Positions 16,893 through 20,000 of a DNA stretch of 20,000 bases are shown piece after piece (within the stretch, counting starts at the first letter, position 1; each line of letters begins with the position of its first letter). This DNA comes from an uncultured virus (IMG/VR IMGVR_UViG_2568526301_000001) (lineage: Duplodnaviria; Heunggongvirae; Uroviricota; Caudoviricetes): the IMG/VR virus record IMGVR_UViG_2568526301_000001. One strand, 5' to 3'. The translations under genes were made by a program, and so were the position numbers. The notes under the pieces were generated by a model. It made no database searches, was not told the origin of the DNA, and saw nothing but the letters and a program-made list of their open reading frames with translations.

Positions 16893-17493
16893 TTCGTTGT
16901 TACCACCATCAGCCAGCAATTTCATGCGTTGTGCCGAAGCCGTCGGAACACGCATTACAGACATTCCGGTAGACCTCAACACGCTGTGGTCGCCGGACAC
17001 CTGCCCGGTGCATCTGCTGCCTTATCTCGCCTGGGCGTTTTCCGTTGACCGCTGGGATCGCAACTGGCCGGAAGAGACAAAGCGACAGGTGATTCGTGAT
17101 GCATGGCTGATACACCGACACAAAGGGACCATCAGCGCACTGCGAAGAGCCGTGGAGCCTCTCGGCTACCTGATTGAAGTAAAGGAGTGGTGGCAACTCA
17201 ACGAGGAGCCAGGAACATTTCGCATTGTTGTCGGAGTACTTGATCAGGGCATCACCGATGAAATGTATCAGGAACTTGAGCGCCTTATTGCGGATGCAAA
17301 ACCAGTAAGTCGCCATCTGACGGGGCTGGCGATCAGCCTGAGTGTGAACGGAAAGATTTTCGTTGGTACGGGATGCTATCACGGCGATGCCCTGACGGTT
17401 TATCCCTACACCCCGGAGTCCATTATTGTCGAAGGGGATTATTTCCCTGCCCCGGCCATTCATTTAATTGATAATCTGAGAGTAAACGCATGA
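16885..17493 (+). CDS. I: Tail protein I (P2 gpI)
   Basis: MSNSLLPP, CPVHLLPYLAWAFSVDRWD, HRHKGT and AKPVSRHL. Confidence 0.93.
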   Translation: MSNSLLPPSASNFMRCAEAVGTRITDIPVDLNTLWSPDTCPVHLLPYLAWAFSVDRWDRNWPEETKRQVIRDAWLIHRHKGTISALRRAVEPLGYLIEVKEWWQLNEEPGTFRIVVGVLDQGITDEMYQELERLIADAKPVSRHLTGLAISLSVNGKIFVGTGCYHGDALTVYPYTPESIIVEGDYFPAPAIHLIDNLRVNA

Positions 17494-18240
17494 CAGTGAA
17501 ATACTACGCCATTCTGACTAATCAGGGCGCGGCACGACTGGCTAACGCGACGATGCTCGGCAGTAAGCTGAATCTGACGCAAATGGCCGTTGGTGATGCA
17601 AATGGTGTGTTACCAACACCAGACCCTGCACAAACAAAACTGATTAACCAGAAACGCATTGCACCGCTGAATCTTCTGAGTGTTGACCCTAACAATCAGA
17701 GCCAGATTATTGCGGAGCAAATCATCCCTGAAAACGAGGGAGGATTCTGGATCCGTGAGATTGGTCTTTATGATGATGAAGGTGTACTCATTGCGGTGGC
17801 AAACTGCCCGGAAACGTACAAACCGCAGTTGCAGGAAGGCAGTGGACGCACCCAGACTATCCGCATGATTCTGGTTGTCACGAACACCGAAGCCATCACG
17901 CTGAAAATCGACCCGTCTGTGGTTCTGGCAACCCGCAAATATGTGGATGATAAAATCTCAGAGCACGAACAGTCACGACGTCACCCGGACGCCTCGCTGA
18001 CCGTAAAAGGTTTTACTCAGTTAAGCAGTGCAATTAACAGTGAATCAGAAACACTGGCCGCAACACCGAAAGCGGTTAAGGCTGCATATGACCTGGCTAA
18101 CGGGAAATATACCGCCCAGAACGCCACCACTACACAAAAAGGAATTGTTCAGCTCAGTAGCGCCACGAACAGCACGTCTGAAACGCTGGCAGCGACACCA
18201 AAATCTGTTAAGGCGGTAATGGATGAAACGAACAAGAAAG
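17490..18240 (+). pseudogene. H: Tail fibre protein (P2 gpH), truncated by IS26 after about 250 codons; reads through into the IS to a stop at 18347
   Basis: Conserved N-terminus (ILTNQGAARLA, GGFWIREIGL, KIDPSVVLATRKYVD) and two fibre repeats (KGFTQLSSA/KGIVQLSSA...LAATPK). Sequence switches to the IS26 IR at 18241. Confidence 0.93.
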
Positions 18241-19060
18241 GGCACTGTTGCAAAGTTAGCGATGAGGCAGCCTTTTGTCTTATTCAAAGGCCTTACATTT
18301 CAAAAACTCTGCTTACCAGGCGCATTTCGCCCAGGGGATCACCATAATAAAATGCTGAGGCCTGGCCTTTGCGTAGTGCACGCATCACCTCAATACCTTT
18401 GATGGTGGCGTAAGCCGTCTTCATGGATTTAAATCCCAGCGTGGCGCCGATTATCCGTTTCAGTTTGCCATGATCGCATTCAATCACGTTGTTCCGGTAC
18501 TTAATCTGTCGGTGTTCAACGTCAGACGGGCACCGGCCTTCGCGTTTGAGCAGAGCAAGCGCGCGACCATAGGCGGGCGCTTTATCCGTGTTGATGAATC
18601 GCGGGATCTGCCACTTCTTCACGTTGTTGAGGATTTTACCCAGAAACCGGTATGCAGCTTTGCTGTTACGACGGGAGGAGAGATAAAAATCGACAGTGCG
18701 GCCCCGGCTGTCGACGGCCCGGTACAGATACGCCCAGCGGCCATTGACCTTCACGTAGGTTTCATCCATGTGCCACGGGCAAAGATCGGAAGGGTTACGC
18801 CAGTACCAGCGCAGCCGTTTTTCCATTTCAGGCGCATAACGCTGAACCCAGCGGTAAATCGTGGAGTGATCGACATTCACTCCGCGTTCAGCCAGCATCT
18901 CCTGCAGCTCACGGTAACTGATGCCGTATTTGCAGTACCAGCGTACGGCCCACAGAATGATGTCACGCTGAAAATGCCGGCCTTTGAATGGGTTCATGTG
19001 CAGCTCCATCAGCAAAAGGGGATGATAAGTTTATCACCACCGACTATTTGCAACAGTGCC
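18241..19060 (-). mobile_element. IS26 (IS6 family), complete 820-bp copy
   Basis: 14-bp terminal IRs GGCACTGTTGCAAA (18241) and TTTGCAACAGTGCC (19060); length 820 bp. Confidence 0.98.
18293..18997 (-). CDS. tnp26: IS26 transposase Tnp26 (234 aa)
   Basis: MNPFKGRHFQRDIILWAVRWYCKY...; DDE motifs WHMDETY, INTDKA and IECDH; LKRIIGATLG indicates the G184 form. Confidence 0.97.
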   Translation of the reverse strand: MNPFKGRHFQRDIILWAVRWYCKYGISYRELQEMLAERGVNVDHSTIYRWVQRYAPEMEKRLRWYWRNPSDLCPWHMDETYVKVNGRWAYLYRAVDSRGRTVDFYLSSRRNSKAAYRFLGKILNNVKKWQIPRFINTDKAPAYGRALALLKREGRCPSDVEHRQIKYRNNVIECDHGKLKRIIGATLGFKSMKTAYATIKGIEVMRALRKGQASAFYYGDPLGEMRLVSRVFEM

Positions 19061-19908
19061 CTATTTTTCGGGGATCTGATTGCCCTCTGGCAATATCATT
19101 CAGCACGCCATAGTCGGCATCATGGTCCATTCGCCAGAAAACCGAAGCACCGGCATCAGCCAGGCGTGGAGAAAACTGGTATCCCAGCAGCCAGAAAAGG
19201 CCAAAGACAAGTTCGCTGGCACCTGCTGTATCGGTCATAATTTCGGTTGGATTCAGCCCGGTCTCCTGTTCCAGAAGACCTTCCAGCACAAAGATAGAGT
19301 CCCTCAGCGTCCCCGGTATAACGATGCCATGAAAGCCGGAATACTGATCGGACACAAAGTTGTACCAGGTGATCCCTCTGTTATTACCAAAGTATTTGCG
19401 GTTCGGTCCGGCATTGATTGTTCTGACTGGCGTAACAAAGCGCATTCCATCTGCAGATGCCACTTCTCCTCCACCCCATATCTGTGCCAGTGGCAGCGTT
19501 GCCTGAAAATCAACCAGTCTGGCATTAGCGCTGGTGATAGTTTCAGCCCGCAGATAGTTCGCTTTTGTCCAGTTCAGCCGGTGTCGGGTCAGTGCAGGAA
19601 CATTTGATCTGATCAGTGGTTCCAGACCGATATTGCAGGCTTCAGCCATCAGCACGGCGCTGATGCTGACGGGCAGATCATCAACTCTGGCACTGGCTTC
19701 ACTAGCATGGAAAAACTCATCAGCAAATCCGGTATGGGCGTTAATTTCGAGCAGCAACTCCGTTAAATCCACCGGAGGGAGTAGATCACTGATCATTTTG
19801 CTCAGTCGTTTCAGACTGTCCGGCTCATCAAGACTGGCGAGGGGAGAAATTGTCAACCGGGGCTTCGGGCCAGAAACATCGAGTTCGACAGCCTCATTTT
19901 CGCAAAGA
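19061..19908 (-). pseudogene. tnpA: Internal 848-bp fragment of a Tn1/Tn2/Tn3-type transposase gene
   Basis: LCENEAVELDVSGPKPRL...ASADGMRF...IMTDTAG...QSDPRKI is Tn3-like TnpA; cut at both ends by IS26 left ends. Confidence 0.92.
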
Positions 19909-20000
19909 GGCACTGTTGCAAATAGTCGGTGGTGATAAACTTATCATCCCCTTTTGCTGATGGAGCTGCACATGAACCCATTCAAAGGCCGGCATTTTCA
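19909..20000 (+). mobile_element. Second IS26, left end only (tnp26 ATG at 19972), runs off the window
   Basis: GGCACTGTTGCAAATAGTCGGTGGTGATAAAC... is the reverse complement of the right-hand end of the first copy. Confidence 0.96.

Larger units (their letters stand above)
1..18240. mobile_element. P2-like prophage (partial), probably defective
   Basis: Gene order A-[accessory]-cos-Q-P / O-N-M-L-X-lysis-R-S-V-W-J-I-H. Confidence 0.96.

Noticed and set aside
17991..18225. Internal repeat in gene H
   Set aside because: Ordinary tail-fibre repeat units, not a separate element.
18470..19240. 256-aa plus-strand ORF
   Set aside because: Antisense to tnp26 and crosses the IS boundary; a shadow ORF.
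19044..19913. Apparent 289-aa complete transposase ORF
   Set aside because: Start and stop both come from IS26 ends; it is only an internal tnpA fragment.

Overview
This window is a P2-like (Peduoviridae) enterobacterial prophage, covering the replication gene A through the head, lysis, tail and baseplate genes to tail fibre H. H is interrupted at 18241 by IS26, followed by an internal Tn1/2/3-type tnpA fragment and a second, oppositely oriented IS26 that runs off the window. The main point of interest is an AT-rich three-gene operon on the minus strand (3150-5677) in the gene A-cos/Q accessory hotspot. It encodes a GHKL/histidine-kinase-like ATPase with no obvious H-box and an atypical G1 box, a small STAS-like protein with a candidate phospho-Ser, and a secreted/single-TM membrane protein. 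Together they look like a partner-switching (SpoIIAB/SpoIIAA-like) module used as a candidate anti-phage system. Also visible are a divergent P2-type cos (5880-5898), phased TGCACAA repeats, the ori inside gene A and several hairpins. All assignments come from motif recognition and synteny; no searches were run.
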